A DNA stretch of 64,000 nucleotides from Octopus sinensis (Eukaryota). Where the stretch lies: assembly GCF_006345805.1 (NCBI RefSeq), contig NC_042997.1, positions 66,092,001-66,156,000 on the forward strand, read 5' to 3'. Every line of letters starts with the position of its first letter. Within the stretch, counting starts at the first letter, position 1. A program made the translations under genes and the position numbers. The notes beneath the pieces were generated by a model. The model did no database searches and had not been told where the DNA came from. It was given only the letters and a program-made list of their open reading frames with translations. This document shows, piece after piece, positions 61,716 through 64,000 of the stretch.

Positions 61716-62099
61716 TATGATTATATATGAACATAATCCTCATCATCATTTTAGTATCCATTTTACCATGGCTCAAAAGAAATTCATTGAGATCTATTTT
61801 GCATGGCTGGATGCTTTCCTTGTCACCACCTCTCACCTGTTTCTAAACAGTAGTAGAGTGTCCCTACAGTCAGACATGTTCTCAACAAAAGCTCAGAAAC
61901 AAATGACATCCTTTATATGATGGTGACACCTGTTTCAGCACAAGAGACAGACAGACACACCCATTCATATATGCATATCTACAGCATAAACGTACATTCT
62001 TGTAAAAGCATGTTGAATGTACATGTCACTTGTAGTTGTTATTTGTTGCTTTGAAAACAACATACGTTATCAAACCCCACCTTTTTAATACCTTATGTA

Positions 62100-62340
62100 A
62101 GCAGGCATCCAACAGCCACATTACATATGCATGCAAAATATGCATCCTATCTGTGCATGCTGCATATACAGAGATGTATGCATATAGTTTCACATACATG
62201 TTCATTGAATTATAATCACACAGAATGTAGATATACACACGCATTTATACAAGGGATTATACTTAATACCAAACACACACACAAAATGAGCACAACACAC
62301 AAAAACATATATACATACATGAAATGTGCACAAGCACAAA

Positions 62341-62398
<58 letters not shown>

Positions 62399-62554
62399 TG
62401 ACATGTGCAGAACACACAAAAATACATACACACATACATGCACAAAAATAAAGAAGCATACATGAAAAAATTTATTCTCCCTTTCTCTCTCTCTTCTGTC
62501 TCCTACACACACATATACACACACAAGCAATATTTAAAATCAATCACAAATGTA

Positions 62555-62595
<41 letters not shown>

Positions 62596-63010
62596 CTGTG
62601 AGCACAGTCATTTGCATGCAGTGTACACCTGTGCACATGAACACTTCACACAAATACACACAAAGAATTAAAGTTTAGAATGAGTTTCGCAAACAGAAAT
62701 GTACAAATAGATGCGCACGCGCGTGAGCACACACACACACACTCATGCAGACACACACAAGCATACATGCACACACACATACATACATGCAATTGCAAAA
62801 TAATTTTTTTAAATGACATTTAAAGTCATATGTCACAACCGAACACACACACACCAACAACACAGCAACAATGACAATAGCAATAACAACAACAGGCACA
62901 CCTATAAATACATACAGAGAAAATAGTTTGAAAATCAGTCACAAAAACAAAAATGCATATATTCTCACACAAATACAAGCACACATACACATAATTACAC
63001 ACACACACTG
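62100..63010. repeat. CA-rich microsatellite and low-complexity field
   Basis: Multiple (CA)n runs; generates H/T and C/V ORF artefacts. Confidence 0.9.
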
Positions 63011-63299
63011 TATTCTCATTTGATAATTTGTAAATATTCTTTTTTTATTTGCTACAGAATCTACTCATTGCTGTGCCTGTCTCTGTATATATGGAGTTGG
63101 AATAAAAGTGAGTCTGAATACAACATGGGTGATGGATGAGAGTTACTTCGCTTTGCTTCATTTAGTTTCAGTGTAACTCTCTCAGCATTGTCTTCGATTG
63201 GCAGAGAAAACAATTGAGCAAGGCATTAATGGATTCCTGAACTGTGTTGAGTGAATCAGGTATGTTGAATGACACAGAGCAAAACAAAGAACCTCACTA

Positions 63300-63860
63300 C
63301 AATGAAACATATAGAGGGCGAGAGGGAGAGAGGGCAGAGGACAGAGCAGGAGGAATATTGATAATGAAGATTGGGAAAGAGAGAGAAGGTAGTATTGATA
63401 AAGAAGGATAAGAAAGAAGGTGAGATAGAGTAAAAGAGGAGTGACAGAGAGTGATGGGATGGGAAGTGTGTGTTGATAAAGGATAAGAAAAAGAGAGGAA
63501 GAGATGGAGAGAGAAAGAAAACAGAAACAATACTGAGAGAAAATAGTGATACTAGACAGAGAGAGTAGTGAAAGTGAAAGTAAAAAAGTGAGGGATGAGT
63601 GAGTGAAAGAGTGTTGAGAGAAGGAGTATGTGTTTGTATGTTTGTGTGATAATGATAATCAGATATCAATTCCCTTAATAGCTCTCTCTCTCTCTCAGTC
63701 ATGCATTCACATTCACTCACTTTCCTCTCCTCTCCTTCCCTCACTCTTATCAAACTCAGAGAGAAGTAAGGAAGGAAGGCATGTAAAATAAAGAGGAGGA
63801 AAGTAAAAAGAAAAAAAAAAAAAAAGGTAAAGCGAATAGATAGAGGAAAGATTTCAGCTT
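63300..63860. repeat. GA-rich purine low-complexity tract
   Basis: AG/AAG/GAG runs; source of the spurious 235-aa F/L/S ORF. Confidence 0.85.
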
Positions 63861-64000
63861 TTACTTCTGCTTGCAACTGACAGATGATAATTTTGAATGT
63901 GTTAAAATATGTACTACACTGCTTTATATGTAATGATGTCGTTGTTGCTGCTGCTGTTGTCATTGCATAGCCCCAGGTTAGCCCTGACCAAACAGACTTC

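Overview
AT-rich, microsatellite-dense animal genomic DNA. The SINE/RTE repeat complement resembles Octopus (inferred from repeat type, no search run). The window is almost entirely intergenic/intronic and dominated by mobile-element relics. These include several tRNA-derived SINE families and many 3' ends of an RTE-clade LINE, plus one 5'-truncated RTE with an open 467-aa RT ORF followed by a tandemly amplified 3'UTR (55.0-58.3 kb). There are also three Penelope-like (GIY-YIG) relics, Helitron derivatives (one with a Pif1 helicase fragment), Tc1/mariner and piggyBac-type MITEs, a Ty3/Gypsy LTR+gag relic, a REL-type LINE relic and a 1.3-kb fold-back element. No host gene can be assembled; two candidate exons are reported at low confidence. 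Most ORFs in the track are microsatellite artefacts. The most interesting signal is a set of minimal hammerhead-ribozyme motifs in Penelope-style terminal repeats. The clearest is a ~450-bp element at 21.6-22.05 kb that joins a tRNA-Ser-like Pol III head to hammerhead-bearing repeats in direct plus inverted arrangement, a candidate Penelope-mobilised SINE.
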